The notes: a model not told the origin generated them from the letters alone. Counted from the stretch's first letter, positions 9,765-19,987 are shown. The stretch is DNA of 64,000 nucleotides from an uncultured delta proteobacterium (GCA_963789265.1 CAWBKB010000001.1:1088001-1152000); one strand, 5' to 3'. Translations and numbers: made by a program.

Positions 9765-10172
9765 ACCGTCACCCCGGCGAAGGCCGGGGTCCAGGATTGC
9801 AGTATGTCACGGGTTTGGACTTCGGCTCCAGCTCGAATCAAGAGAATAATAGTGAATAAACAGCCTGCTGTATACATCCTAGCAAGCAAAAGAAATGGGA
9901 CTCTGTACATCGGAGTGACTTCAGACCTAGTCAAGCGGGTATGGGAACATAAGAACAATCTGGCAGAAGGATTTACCAAACGTTACGGCGTCCATCAACT
10001 GGTTTGGTACTAGCTCCACGAGAGCATGGAATCTGCTATTAAGCGGGAGAAGAGAGTGAAGGAATGGAAGCGGGCATGGAAAGTGACATTGATCGAAAGC
10101 GTCAATCCGACCTGGCAGGATTTGTATAGCACAATCGTTTAACTGGACCCCGGCCTTCGCCGGGGTGACGGT
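9765..10172. mobile_element. GIY-YIG nuclease element bounded by perfect 30-bp inverted repeats
   Basis: ACCGTCACCCCGGCGAAGGCCGGGGTCCAG at 9765-9794 and its exact reverse complement at 10143-10172. Confidence 0.8.
9852..10142 (+). pseudogene. GIY-YIG nuclease family protein with in-frame TAG at 10011-10013
   Basis: VYILASKRNGTLYIGVTSDL...LVWY*LHESMESAIKREKRVKEWKRAWK...NPTWQDLY; the frame continues past the stop. Confidence 0.88.
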
Positions 10173-10237
10173 CTTATTAGGTTCCGCAGACGAACAAAAA
10201 TACGGGGTCAAAAAATAGTGGATCGCCCATTAAAAGA

Positions 10238-10353
10238 GCGGTCAGGTCTTGTTTGTTGCTTTTTCCTTTCGCCCTGCACAATCCTGCTCACTGTGGAGTG
10301 GCGGAGTCCACAAGTGCTGCGATCTTATGCTGCAAAATACAAGTCCTGACCCC
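10238..10353. repeat. MITE-like element, copy 1
   Basis: Ends GGTCAGGTCTTG / CAAGTCCTGACCCC; core nearly identical to 11384-11501. Confidence 0.8.
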
Positions 10354-10560
10354 ATGATATTGTATTTTCGCCCCTTCTTTGAAGTGCCTCTTATGTGAGT
10401 GGTCATTGAAGACATACTCCCCCAGACTAGTGCTTGGACCCTAATCTCTTCATGGTCTTAACTGATAAGAATACCATGCTATTACAATATATTTTTAATA
10501 ATGTTGAAACAAAAATCTCTGTCTAAAGTCTAAATTATTAGAACCAAGGAGGTTCAAAAT

Positions 10561-10767
10561 ATGTCCATTAGAAAAGAATTCGTGGACGACATCAAACATT
10601 GGGAGGGCTTCAGTTTTAGTATTCAAGATAGACCGTTCATGGAAGTTTGGCCGGATGATGACTTTTCAGACTGGGTATCAGCCCATGAAGATAGGGCCAG
10701 GAACATAATCTGCCACACGCCGGAGGTCAGAGCCACCCCGTACTGCGGCGTTGGCTACATCCAATAA
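10561..10767 (+). CDS. Hypothetical small protein
   Basis: ATG with strong AAGGAGG RBS after an AT-rich upstream region; no recognised motif. Confidence 0.55.
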   Translation: MSIRKEFVDDIKHWEGFSFSIQDRPFMEVWPDDDFSDWVSAHEDRARNIICHTPEVRATPYCGVGYIQ

Positions 10768-11007
10768 TTGTCTAACCGGGTGTTTTGGGGCAAACGCTAT
10801 CTGAGCAGGGTCTTTGCCCTTTATTTAAGTCAAATGAGATGGTCTATGGATTCTACTCAATTCCGTACAAGATGCTGCAGAAGCATCATGACAAAGCCCC
10901 AACAGCCAGTGCCTTTGCCGATCACAGTCAATGGCCTATTGTAAGAAAGGCCCTGCGGATTTCTCCGGGGGGACCCATTTACAATCCGATCTCGGCTGGA
11001 GCTCAAA

Positions 11008-11268
11008 ATGCCGATTTACGAATACCTGTGCGAGAAGTGCGGTAGGGAATTTGAGGAACGGCAGAAATTCTCAGACCCGGTAGTTGACAAATGCCCGACA
11101 TGCGGAGGCAAATCGCGTAGATTGATCTCCCAGTCTACGTTCGTGCTCAAGGGAACCGGATGGTACGTTACTGATTACGGAAGAAAAGACAGTAGTTCTT
11201 CTGGACAGACTCCGCCCAAGAAAGAATGTTCCTCGGAGACCAAGACCTCGAACTCGGATGCCGGATAG
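11008..11268 (+). CDS. FmdB family zinc ribbon protein
   Basis: MPIYEYLCEKCG...CPTCGG...LKGTGWYVTDY. Confidence 0.92.
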   Translation: MPIYEYLCEKCGREFEERQKFSDPVVDKCPTCGGKSRRLISQSTFVLKGTGWYVTDYGRKDSSSSGQTPPKKECSSETKTSNSDAG

Positions 11269-11383
11269 AGGTTAGGAACGAAAAGGTGGAATATGTCCCA
11301 GTGGACCGTCCGCTGCGGGCCGGATATCTGGGAGCTAACAAGTAAGCGCAGATAGCTCTGTCAGCGTAAGTCTTTTGCAACAA

Positions 11384-11501
11384 GGGGGCAGGTGTTTTTT
11401 CTTGACTTCCTTCCTTTCGCCCTGCACAATCCTGCTCACTGTGGAGTGGTGGAGCCCACAAGTGCTGCGATCTTATGCTGCAAAACAAAAGACCTAACCC
11501 C
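11384..11501. repeat. MITE-like element, copy 2 (direct orientation)
   Basis: Shares TTCCTTTCGCCCTGCACAATCCTGCTCACTGTGGAGTGG...CCACAAGTGCTGCGATCTTATGCTGCAAAA with copy 1. Confidence 0.8.
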
Positions 11502-11520
11502 AAGATTCATACGGTCATGT

Positions 11521-13971
11521 CTATTTCTTGAATTCTTTGACCTTCTCCAGCGCTTCGGGCTTGAGTTCCAGGGTATTTGCAGCGTGTTCTTTTATTGCCT
11601 TGTCACTGAACCACCAATAGACCTTGTCTCCCGACATGTACGGCTTGATCTGATCTGTCTGATGGGGATTGAACGTCCTGCCGCAGACACCGCCCGGCAG
11701 TACCGCGAGAACCTTGTCGGGGTCACCGAGATCGGCCACCATTCGTAGAGAGGCTGAAAGGATGACGTCAAAAGGCCTGTCGTAGTCATACCAGGCGCAA
11801 TAAAGTGTTTCTCTGGAACCGCCCATTGGATCCCTCTCGCCGCCCACCAACGACTTGCCGAAACCGGTACGTCTGATCGGGTTCACAAATTCTATTTGAT
11901 GAACTTTGCCCCATGCCCATCCCTTGCGGTCATGACCAAACGAAGAGCCGAGCTCCTTGACAGCCGACAAGGCCGCTTCGTGGAAAAGATCGTTCATGGT
12001 CTCGGTTTTGTCTTTAGTGTTCACCTTGTCGAACCAAGGCGAAGACCCGGCCAACACCATTTTTTGGAGCCTCTCTTGCCAGAAATAGCCATCCTCTAGC
12101 ATGGCGTCAGTTAACTTAGGCCCCAGTTCGTCCTCAAAAACCAGACGAAAGAAATCGCGATAGATGAGCTGGAACAGTGTTGGCGCGATCTGACCAGGGT
12201 CGTCCCGATGATCCCACTTGGCCAGTATTTCTCCTATTTCCTTGGTATCAGGATGAGAGATGAGAGCGGCCGCCATGATAGGAGCAATTTTTTCAGCCAT
12301 GACATTCGTGGGATCCCGCTGGAATTGCCATTGCTCATCCACCGACTTGAGCCCCGGGGTCTCCAGCAGTTGCTTCAGCCTACGGTATCGGTACGAGGCT
12401 GCAAAATGCGACGAATAGTAGTAGGGATACTTGGAACCGACGGTCTTTTGATTGCACGTGCCCAACCATCCTCGGGGAGGATTCGCAGCATTCGGCATTT
12501 GATCGAACGGAATCCAGCCGATCCAGTTGTCGGTAGAGTCTTTAACCGTGTAAGGAACCGTAGAGTCGCCCTGGGACCGGATCGGCAGCTTGCCCGACAC
12601 CTGCCATCCTATATTGCCGCCTACGTCAGCAAACACGCAATTCAGAACGATGAAGTTCAAATGCCGTATGGCCTCCCTAACGTCCATTGCGGACTTGGCT
12701 TTCAGCATATCTACGAACCCTATTCTAGGTTCCATGGTTTCAGCGGCTGCCCACCGCAATGTGATCACTTTATCGGATTTGAGACCGGGCAAGACACCCG
12801 AAACCACAGGACCCCGGCGAGTAAACTTGATGTCCAGTGGTTCTTCCCTGTACCCGGTGGCGGCGTTGCTGTCTTTGATCCTGAGGGTCTCCCTAACGGT
12901 TTTGAACGGCAGAGATTTCGAACCTTCTTTGTATTGGGAAGCGTCATTGGGATCTACGGTTTCCACGTAGAGATCCTGGCAATCGCCATAATTATTGGTA
13001 ACGCCCATTGCCCAACGGTCGGTCCGGCCGATCACCATTCCTGGAATTCCGGGTATCATGGCTCCCACGGCCCTCAGTTGGGGCGTAATGATTCCAATAG
13101 GATACCACACACCCGGCAAGATCCTGGCATCGAGATGCGGATCGTTGGCCACTATGGGTTTGCCGTCCGGCGAAAGTCCGGGGGAGACGGCCCAGTTGTT
13201 ACTGCCGAAGCCACGGCCAAGCGGTCCCAAGTAATGTTGCAGTGAGCAGTCCGCGGCAAAATGGAGAGGCTCGCCTGCGGTGCGGGTTGAGAACTTAGGT
13301 GCAGTGGGGTTACTGCCAGGGTCATCCGGATTTATGTTAAGTGGAAACAGTTGAGCGGCTCGTTTTGTGCCCAGCTTGTCCACCAACATCTGTGCCATGA
13401 TTTCCGTACGGAGGTTGGCCGAGGTGGTCCAGCCCATATAGTAAACTATAGCAAGACTATCCGCGACCTTCCACGTCTCGGGTTTTATACCGGCCAATTT
13501 GAATTCGATAGGGTGCTCGTTCCCGCGCCTGGTTATGAACGCATTGACTCCATCAAGGTATTTCTGGATGAAGAGTCTCGTAGTATCATCAAGGATCTTG
13601 GCATGTTTCTTGGCATTGCGATGAATGCCGATTGTCCTCATACGTACGTCCAGGGACTTGCCGGCATCACCGACCAACTCGGAAATGCGCCCTTCCGCCA
13701 GAAGCCGCGTAAGCTGCATCTGGAATAGCCTGTCCTGAGCCGTGACAAATCCCTGAGCCATCATTGCATCCGGGAGGGTCTGCGCATAAACGTACGCCAT
13801 TCCCTTCTCATCGCGCATCACAGTGACAGGCTTACTCAAACCAGGCAGGATGATCGTTCCTTCCTTTTGAAACTGGTTGAGCCGCGGCAACCCAAACAGA
13901 ATAACCCCAGCCGCTACAATGCATACCGCAACAACGACCCCGAATATCGCGCGACCCACTCTTCGTTTCAT
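11521..13971 (-). CDS. Penicillin acylase family (Ntn hydrolase) protein
   Basis: AQDRLFQM, GSNNWAV, ANDPHL motifs; N-terminal anchor. Confidence 0.95.
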   Translation of the reverse strand: MKRRVGRAIFGVVVAVCIVAAGVILFGLPRLNQFQKEGTIILPGLSKPVTVMRDEKGMAYVYAQTLPDAMMAQGFVTAQDRLFQMQLTRLLAEGRISELVGDAGKSLDVRMRTIGIHRNAKKHAKILDDTTRLFIQKYLDGVNAFITRRGNEHPIEFKLAGIKPETWKVADSLAIVYYMGWTTSANLRTEIMAQMLVDKLGTKRAAQLFPLNINPDDPGSNPTAPKFSTRTAGEPLHFAADCSLQHYLGPLGRGFGSNNWAVSPGLSPDGKPIVANDPHLDARILPGVWYPIGIITPQLRAVGAMIPGIPGMVIGRTDRWAMGVTNNYGDCQDLYVETVDPNDASQYKEGSKSLPFKTVRETLRIKDSNAATGYREEPLDIKFTRRGPVVSGVLPGLKSDKVITLRWAAAETMEPRIGFVDMLKAKSAMDVREAIRHLNFIVLNCVFADVGGNIGWQVSGKLPIRSQGDSTVPYTVKDSTDNWIGWIPFDQMPNAANPPRGWLGTCNQKTVGSKYPYYYSSHFAASYRYRRLKQLLETPGLKSVDEQWQFQRDPTNVMAEKIAPIMAAALISHPDTKEIGEILAKWDHRDDPGQIAPTLFQLIYRDFFRLVFEDELGPKLTDAMLEDGYFWQERLQKMVLAGSSPWFDKVNTKDKTETMNDLFHEAALSAVKELGSSFGHDRKGWAWGKVHQIEFVNPIRRTGFGKSLVGGERDPMGGSRETLYCAWYDYDRPFDVILSASLRMVADLGDPDKVLAVLPGGVCGRTFNPHQTDQIKPYMSGDKVYWWFSDKAIKEHAANTLELKPEALEKVKEFKK

Positions 13972-14139
13972 GTTTGCCCCTCTCGCTGTTTCAAACTGTC
14001 AATGACCGGGTACGACTATCTGAGCATGTTCAAGAAATTGTGGGCCGGCGTTTTCTCCAGTGCTTCGGACGCAAATTCAGCGCTCCCCATTTGTAGAAAG
14101 CGTGTCCCACACTTCTCGAAGCCCCGGATGACTCTCATC

Positions 14140-14400
14140 TCACGCTGCCGGGAAACGACCCGACATGAGATTGTAGAGCCAGGCAAAGATAGCTCCACCA
14201 ATCAAGCCATCAAAGAACCCATAAATCAGTCCGATGATGCTGCCAATAGGACTAACGTGGTAGCCGATGTAGATGAGTCCAAGCAAGGTTCGGGCTCCAG
14301 AGGCCCCGTACAGCACGATCAGCCACCACGTGAGGACGAAGACACTCACTGCCCAGAAGATCCCACACGTCAGTGCGAATGCTTTCACATTCAGTTTCAT
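14140..14400 (-). CDS. Small membrane protein of a family often labelled bacteriophage holin
   Basis: MKLNVKAFAL..GI.W ... GSIIGLIYGFFDG..GAIFAWLYN; no phage context here. Confidence 0.7.
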   Translation of the reverse strand: MKLNVKAFALTCGIFWAVSVFVLTWWLIVLYGASGARTLLGLIYIGYHVSPIGSIIGLIYGFFDGLIGGAIFAWLYNLMSGRFPAA

Positions 14401-14809
14401 GATCCACCCCCGTTGCTTCCTGGTTCAGCGTTTCACCTGTTGTGATGAACTGACGGGAATTGTGCGGCGGCCTTTCCTCCTATACCCCATCTTCTAAGGC
14501 CAGTGTCCGCCACAGTCTCAATGAAAAGGCATCTTTGTTCGCGTTTGAGAGAATACTCCACGGCGCGTCCCCCGGTCAATTACAATCTCGCCTGTGCAGC
14601 AATGCAGAATGAAGTTGTAATTGGAGGAGGTGGGGTTCATCGGCTGGAAGGATTATTTTCGCATCTATGCTTGGAGTGAGCTAGAGCGACGAGCCGATGC
14701 GTTTACACTTTCCGCCTCTTGCCGCACGGATTCCCCGGCAAAATCCTTGACAAGAACCCGACAAACCTGGAGCGTATCACAATAAGAATCCAAAATATTT
14801 TTCTCCCGG

Positions 14810-16675
14810 GTGATTCAAATGAATAGCTGGCAAGACAAATATGCCGCTAAACTTATCTCAGCGGCGGAGGCAGCCCAGAAGATCAGGAATGGAGACAGAA
14901 TATATCTCGGCAGCCTATGCTCAGAACCCAAGACGATAATTCGCGCCCTGGAAGCATCCTCGGTTCAGGACGTAGAAATCGTGCAATTCATCGCGGGCTC
15001 CGAAGCATCTCGATTGGCCGCAGGTGGATGGGAGAGGTTCAGGATCAAGACCTTCTTCGTGGGAGGCGGAACAACCGATTCCGGGGCGATGCCCGAGTAC
15101 AACTATGTTCCGCTGTATCACTCTCAGATTCCATTCTTCTTCCGGAACCGTCGTATTCCAATCGATGTTGCCATAATCCAGGTGGCCGAGCCGGACCGTT
15201 TCGGCAGGTTCAGTCTCGGTATTTCGGTGGACTTCTCCATTGCCGCAGTTGAAGCCGCTCGCCTGGTCATCGCTCAGGTCAATCCATTGATGCCACGCAC
15301 CCACGGAGATACGTTTATTCAGCTAGACCAAATAGATCATTTGGTGGATGCTGCAGAGCCGCTGGGAGAGTTGCCGGAAGAACCGCTCGGAGAACGAGAA
15401 AAGACCATCAGCGCTTATTGTAGTGAACTTATCGAGGACGGTTCTGTTGTGCAGTTCGGCTTCGCGGGGATTTCCAGGGGCCTCATGGATTTTCTCAAGG
15501 ATCGCCGACACCTGGGCCTTCACACCGAAATATTCAGCGATCCGCTCATTGACCTTGTTGAATCCGGAGTCTTGGACAATAGCACGAAGAAACTGTTTCG
15601 GGGGAAATCCCTGGCAACCTCGTGCATGGGAACTCGGCGCCTGTACGATTTCGTCCACGACAATCCGGTAGTGGAATTCTATCCATCCGATACTCTTCTG
15701 GATCCCGGCTTGATAGCCTCCCACGATCGTATGGTGGCAGTTAACGTGGCTATGCAGGTAGACCTCAGAGGCCAAATTCGGCAAGGCAACCCGGCGTGGA
15801 CAGCCGTTGAGGGATCCGGAGGAGAGAGTGACTTCATGAGGGGGGCAAATCTGTCCAAAGGTGGCCGGTCAATCATTTGCATGCGATCCACGTCGTCCAG
15901 GAGCGGCAAGTCCAATATAGTGCCTACGTTTGGTCCCAAAGCTTCGGTCATGATGAATCGAGGGGATGCCAACTACATAATTACCGAGTATGGCATCGCA
16001 TACCTGGGCGGCAGGTCCATCCGTGAGAGGGCCATGGCGTTAATCGAGATCTCGCATCCGGATCACCGTGAAGGTTTGCTGAAGTCCGCCCGCGAAATGG
16101 GGTACGTCTACCCGAATCAGGTCTATTACAGAATTTGCTCACCTGAATTGCGGCGTCGTGTCCGCACTCAGCGAGTTTTCAAGGGCGGCATCAAGGGTAA
16201 TGTGAGAGTAATCAAGTCCACAGATGAATCCATGCTGCGGGACCTTTTCTACAACCTTTCCGAAGAATCGGTATATTTCCGTTACTTCACTCCCCGTCGA
16301 AGTATGCCGCATAAGAATCTCGAGCAATATGTAAATGTCACGGAGGAAGACGGGCTTTCGCTGGTTGTCACTATTGGTCCTAGAGAAGACCGCAAGATTG
16401 TTGCAGAAGCACGCTACATGATCAATCCGGGCGACCCGTACCCTGAGGCGGCGTTCATGGTTCATGAAGACTACCGGGGCCGCGGGATAGCAAGTGTGTT
16501 ACTCCACTACCTGATAGACGTCGCCAAGGAACGTGGCATCGGTGGATTTAGGGCTGAGGTTTTGATGTCCAATAGATCGATGATGAAGGTCTTCGAGAGA
16601 CTACCATACGTGCTTCACAAAAGGCTCGAAGAAAACATGCTGCATCTGCACTTCCAGTTCGATCAATTGAAATGA
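14810..16675 (+). CDS. Acetyl-CoA hydrolase/transferase fused to a C-terminal GNAT domain
   Basis: LGLHTE, GSGGESDFMRGA, ITEYGIA; C-terminal EAAFMVHEDYRGRGIA. Confidence 0.92.
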   Translation: MIQMNSWQDKYAAKLISAAEAAQKIRNGDRIYLGSLCSEPKTIIRALEASSVQDVEIVQFIAGSEASRLAAGGWERFRIKTFFVGGGTTDSGAMPEYNYVPLYHSQIPFFFRNRRIPIDVAIIQVAEPDRFGRFSLGISVDFSIAAVEAARLVIAQVNPLMPRTHGDTFIQLDQIDHLVDAAEPLGELPEEPLGEREKTISAYCSELIEDGSVVQFGFAGISRGLMDFLKDRRHLGLHTEIFSDPLIDLVESGVLDNSTKKLFRGKSLATSCMGTRRLYDFVHDNPVVEFYPSDTLLDPGLIASHDRMVAVNVAMQVDLRGQIRQGNPAWTAVEGSGGESDFMRGANLSKGGRSIICMRSTSSRSGKSNIVPTFGPKASVMMNRGDANYIITEYGIAYLGGRSIRERAMALIEISHPDHREGLLKSAREMGYVYPNQVYYRICSPELRRRVRTQRVFKGGIKGNVRVIKSTDESMLRDLFYNLSEESVYFRYFTPRRSMPHKNLEQYVNVTEEDGLSLVVTIGPREDRKIVAEARYMINPGDPYPEAAFMVHEDYRGRGIASVLLHYLIDVAKERGIGGFRAEVLMSNRSMMKVFERLPYVLHKRLEENMLHLHFQFDQLK

Positions 16676-17098
16676 TCTTTGGATGGCATTAGTCCGACAG
16701 GTGGAAAAATAAGATATATATCACATGCTTTCGATGTGTTATGGTAAGGGCCTTTTCTGCCCACAATTTCCGGACTTGTCAATTTCGGGCATGAGCTTCT
16801 TTGAAACTTTGTTGGCCATATAGGCCGAGGGTGGGCTGTTTAGTTCGTGCGTGCCGTCATCGAAGAAGCAGGTAAAAGCCAACACGGAAAGGAAAGAGAG
16901 CAAATCCAAGGTGGGCCCCATATAGTAGGTGCCCTCGTTATTGTGACCGCCTTCTGAGCCTTTACTTCAAGCCGTCATCTTTTTTCCAGGTTTCTTGAAC
17001 TGCGACCTAACCGTTTAACCCCCAGCCTGTGTTCCGCCCAGTCCCGGCTTGAACATTGCCGCATAGCAGTATATTCTTGGCCTGAAGGAGATGCCCCA

Positions 17099-18136
17099 AT
17101 GCCCATCACATTTGAAGCGCTCTACGATACGATGACCCGGATCCGAGCGGGAAAAAGAGAGGAAGTCCCCTTTGAGATCCGTACGGATCCCTTGACCGGC
17201 ACGACGGGACGCGTCTTCAACTTCCCCTATCAGCCCCCTAAAAGCCCCAATGCCGAAGACACTTTCAAGCGATCTGAAGGGATATTCTGTCCCTTCTGCT
17301 CGGAAAATATCGAAGACTCCACCCCTCGGTTCCCTGAGGAATTGATTCAGGAAGGAAAGATTCGCAAAGGAAGCGCGACCTTGGTTCCCAACATCCTTCC
17401 TCTGGATCGCTACGTGGGTGTAGCCGTTTTCTCTCCCCAACACTTCGTACGGATGGAAGAGCTGAAACCCGAAATGATGAGGGACGCATTTCTTGCCGTT
17501 CAGGAGTTCATCCGGAGGGTCTCCGGGGTTGACCCCAGGGTAGACTGCTTCTCCGTCAATTGGAACTACATGCCGCCGGCAGGTTCAAGCCTGGTCCACC
17601 CCCACCTTCAGGTCCTCTGCGGGGAGCGTCCTACGAACCACATGCGGCGACAGCTTGAAGGCGCAAACAGGTATTACCGTGAAAATGGCAGAGAGTTCTG
17701 GGACGACTTCATTCGCGAGGAGAAAGAAAGGGCGTCCCGCTACCTCGGAGAGATAGGCCCGACCTTCTGGACCGTAGGCTATGTTCCCATGAGTCACATA
17801 CCGGACGTCTGGTGCATCTTGCCCGAACAGAAATCCCTGGTTGGAGTGGGAGAGGAAGCGCTGAACTCCTTCTTGGTAGGCCTTTCGACCGTACTGACCT
17901 ATTACCGCACCCTGAACCTCTTCAGCTTTAACGTATCGATCTTTTCATTCAGGTTCGAAGAGCACTTTCGAGTCAACGGCCGAATCCTTCCCCGTTTCGC
18001 CCTGAGAGAAATAGGAAACAGCGATTACACCTTTCTTCAGGCCGTACATAAGGAGAATGCCAGCCTCTACGCGCCTGAGTCGGTCTGCCGGCAGATAAGA
18101 GAACAAGACTTCGGGACTCCCATCCCAACATCCTGA
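17099..18136 (+). CDS. Galactose-1-phosphate uridylyltransferase-like protein
   Basis: EIRTDPLTG, CPFC, NYMPPAGSSLVHPHLQ. Confidence 0.85.
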   Translation: MPITFEALYDTMTRIRAGKREEVPFEIRTDPLTGTTGRVFNFPYQPPKSPNAEDTFKRSEGIFCPFCSENIEDSTPRFPEELIQEGKIRKGSATLVPNILPLDRYVGVAVFSPQHFVRMEELKPEMMRDAFLAVQEFIRRVSGVDPRVDCFSVNWNYMPPAGSSLVHPHLQVLCGERPTNHMRRQLEGANRYYRENGREFWDDFIREEKERASRYLGEIGPTFWTVGYVPMSHIPDVWCILPEQKSLVGVGEEALNSFLVGLSTVLTYYRTLNLFSFNVSIFSFRFEEHFRVNGRILPRFALREIGNSDYTFLQAVHKENASLYAPESVCRQIREQDFGTPIPTS

Positions 18137-18441
18137 TCGATTGCCGTGAACCGCGCGTTCAAGCGGGATGCTCCCTACTTGCTGGTTTACTAATCCTCCA
18201 CATTGGGGCAGACATGGGCGTAGAAGATCCGTTTCACACGTGAAGAGCGAGCCGGCAGTAGCAAAAAGCTGTGCGTATCGGGTAGAGGGCCGGCCGAGGT
18301 CAACTTAGGGGTCCATTACCAGACGGACAGAGCTGAAAAGCGTGAATGGCCAGAGCAACAATCAGCCGCAGCCGGGGAAGTATTGAAGATCATTACTTCA
18401 TCAGACACATGCCCGTGATGATTGAACAGATTGAAGACCTG

Positions 18442-18540
18442 TTAGCCAAGAATACTCTCAAGGATACCGGATTCGGCCAAGATAACCATGGCTATCAACA
18501 TGATAGCCAACATGAAGGTCTCGGCAAGGATTCCCTTCAT
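18442..18540 (-). CDS. 32-aa hydrophobic microprotein, paralogue 1
   Basis: MKGILAETFMLAIMLIAMVILAESGILESILG*; RBS GAGGAGG; same-length paralogue at 44886-44984. Confidence 0.72.
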   Translation of the reverse strand: MKGILAETFMLAIMLIAMVILAESGILESILG

Positions 18541-18944
18541 GGCAAACCTCCTCGCGCCCAATTGATTCATTCTTTTTAAATAGTTGGACTGGAGATTTTG
18601 TAATCCGTTAAAAAATGAAGAGTGGTCACAACGTGAATGCTGCCGGCCTTACCAGGCACAATCAAAATGAAGAGTCAGTATCCATGGCTTTGATATATTT
18701 GCGGTACAGACGCACGGAGGAGAGTAACTACTCAAAGTTGAAGGCCGCAGTGAAGGTCTTAGTACTGTAGAACAGCGCCATCTGGCTCTTTACAAGGAAG
18801 CCGCCGTTTTCTTGCCGAAAGACCGATCAATGCCTTATGCTTGGAGATACCGGGGGATGAGCGGCATATTAGTCGCCAGGGATATGGGCAAGAAATCCGT
18901 GAGTTCCGGGCACACCGTGCTTAACCGCGCTCTTCCTTCTTCTT

Positions 18945-19072
18945 TGGTCCCAACTTTTTTTCTTCGGACTAACCGCCCAATCAGCATTTTTTCAAGAAGG
19001 CCGATGATCTTGCCGGTGTCAGAAGAAGAAGAAGAAGAAGAAGAAGAAGAAGGCCTGCTGCCGCAGATTGCC
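18945..19072 (-). repeat. Degenerate inter-cargo repeat, copy 1 (contains (GAA)10)
   Basis: CAGCATTTTTTCAAGAAGGCCGATGA..CCGGTGTCA..GAAGGCCTGCTGCCGCAGATTGCC. Confidence 0.75.
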
Positions 19073-19112
19073 TTTTTGAACAGGAATGAGCGGCCGATTC
19101 GGCCCCCGTTGG

Positions 19113-19697
19113 TCAGTGCATCCTGCGTGAGGGCCGTGATTTGATGGCAACCCTCCATTCTCCGGTTCTGACTTTTCTTTGAATTTCTCGAATGACTCGA
19201 TCGGCTATGTGCTGCGGTTCCATGTTTAGCGATTGCAAGGATGTGTTACATCTGTCACAGTGGAAAACGGTCTGATATTCAGAATATTCAGGCATATAAC
19301 CAGTAACTTCTAACTCACAAGTTGGGCAAAAAGGAATCAGACCCAATATTTCGTTCCCTTCCCAGTGCCAACGCCAGTTGATCCCAAGGAACTCATCTGA
19401 AGTATAAGCATGCCAGTTGAAAAACGAAAGCCATAGCGTTCTCAGGATCACAACAACAAAAAGCAGGAAGGATAAGGCTCCAATGAGGATTATCCAGTTT
19501 GGGATTAAGGAACTCTCTAAGGCATAGTGTATAAGAGACCAGAAGTAGCTCTCGACCGAAGGCCATACCCCGAGACTATTACCTATGAGCCAAACGGCTA
19601 GCCCGATGATGGCACTGGCAATCACTTTGCTCCAGACAGGATCAGCCCAAATCGTCTTCAGTTTTTCCGTCCAGGTCACCGATTCGCTCCCTCTCAT
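19113..19697 (-). CDS. Hypothetical membrane protein with C-terminal zinc-ribbon-like motif
   Basis: Two N-terminal hydrophobic segments, then CPTC and CDRC. Confidence 0.75.
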   Translation of the reverse strand: MRGSESVTWTEKLKTIWADPVWSKVIASAIIGLAVWLIGNSLGVWPSVESYFWSLIHYALESSLIPNWIILIGALSFLLFVVVILRTLWLSFFNWHAYTSDEFLGINWRWHWEGNEILGLIPFCPTCELEVTGYMPEYSEYQTVFHCDRCNTSLQSLNMEPQHIADRVIREIQRKVRTGEWRVAIKSRPSRRMH

Positions 19698-19744
19698 CTA
19701 CGCCAGTCGAGCGGACATCATACAGCTTAACCTCCCATTCGTTT

Positions 19745-19852
19745 TATCTTTCCGCGGCTTCTTCGTCCCGTGCACCCGGGCCCAGCATATGCTCAAAGTG
19801 GCCGGTGAACTCTCCGGTGTCAAGCTAAAGAAGTCTGCTGCTGCCGATTGCC
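19745..19852 (-). repeat. Degenerate inter-cargo repeat, copy 2
   Basis: CCCAGCATATGCTCAAAGTGGCCGGTGAA..CCGGTGTCAAG..GAAGTCTGCTGCTGCCGATTGCC. Confidence 0.75.
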
Positions 19853-19987
19853 GATCTGGTGGATGTGCTGATGGTAGTAGCTGGCAGTAACCAGTTGAGC
19901 AACCGGTCCTATATTCCCTCTGGCACATTAAGGGACTTCTCGGCGACAATTATAAGTAGTGTGCCCAGAACTCGCCCGCCCGACTGG

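Noticed and set aside
10011..10013. In-frame TAG as pyrrolysine or stop recoding
   Set aside because: It is one base from GAG at a usual Glu position, no pyl genes are in the window, and TAG terminates other genes normally.
14140..14400. Holin-labelled gene as evidence of a prophage
   Set aside because: No endolysin, structural or terminase genes are nearby. DUF5131 is likewise not prophage evidence by itself.
16739..16979. Minus-strand ORF extendable through a TGA (possible selenoprotein)
   Set aside because: No recognisable family, redox motif or SECIS-like hairpin could be supported.
18346..18579. Plus-strand ORF pair 18346-18579 and 44814-45023 as real paralogues
   Set aside because: They are antisense shadows of the RBS-bearing minus-strand 32-aa ORFs and have non-homologous starts.
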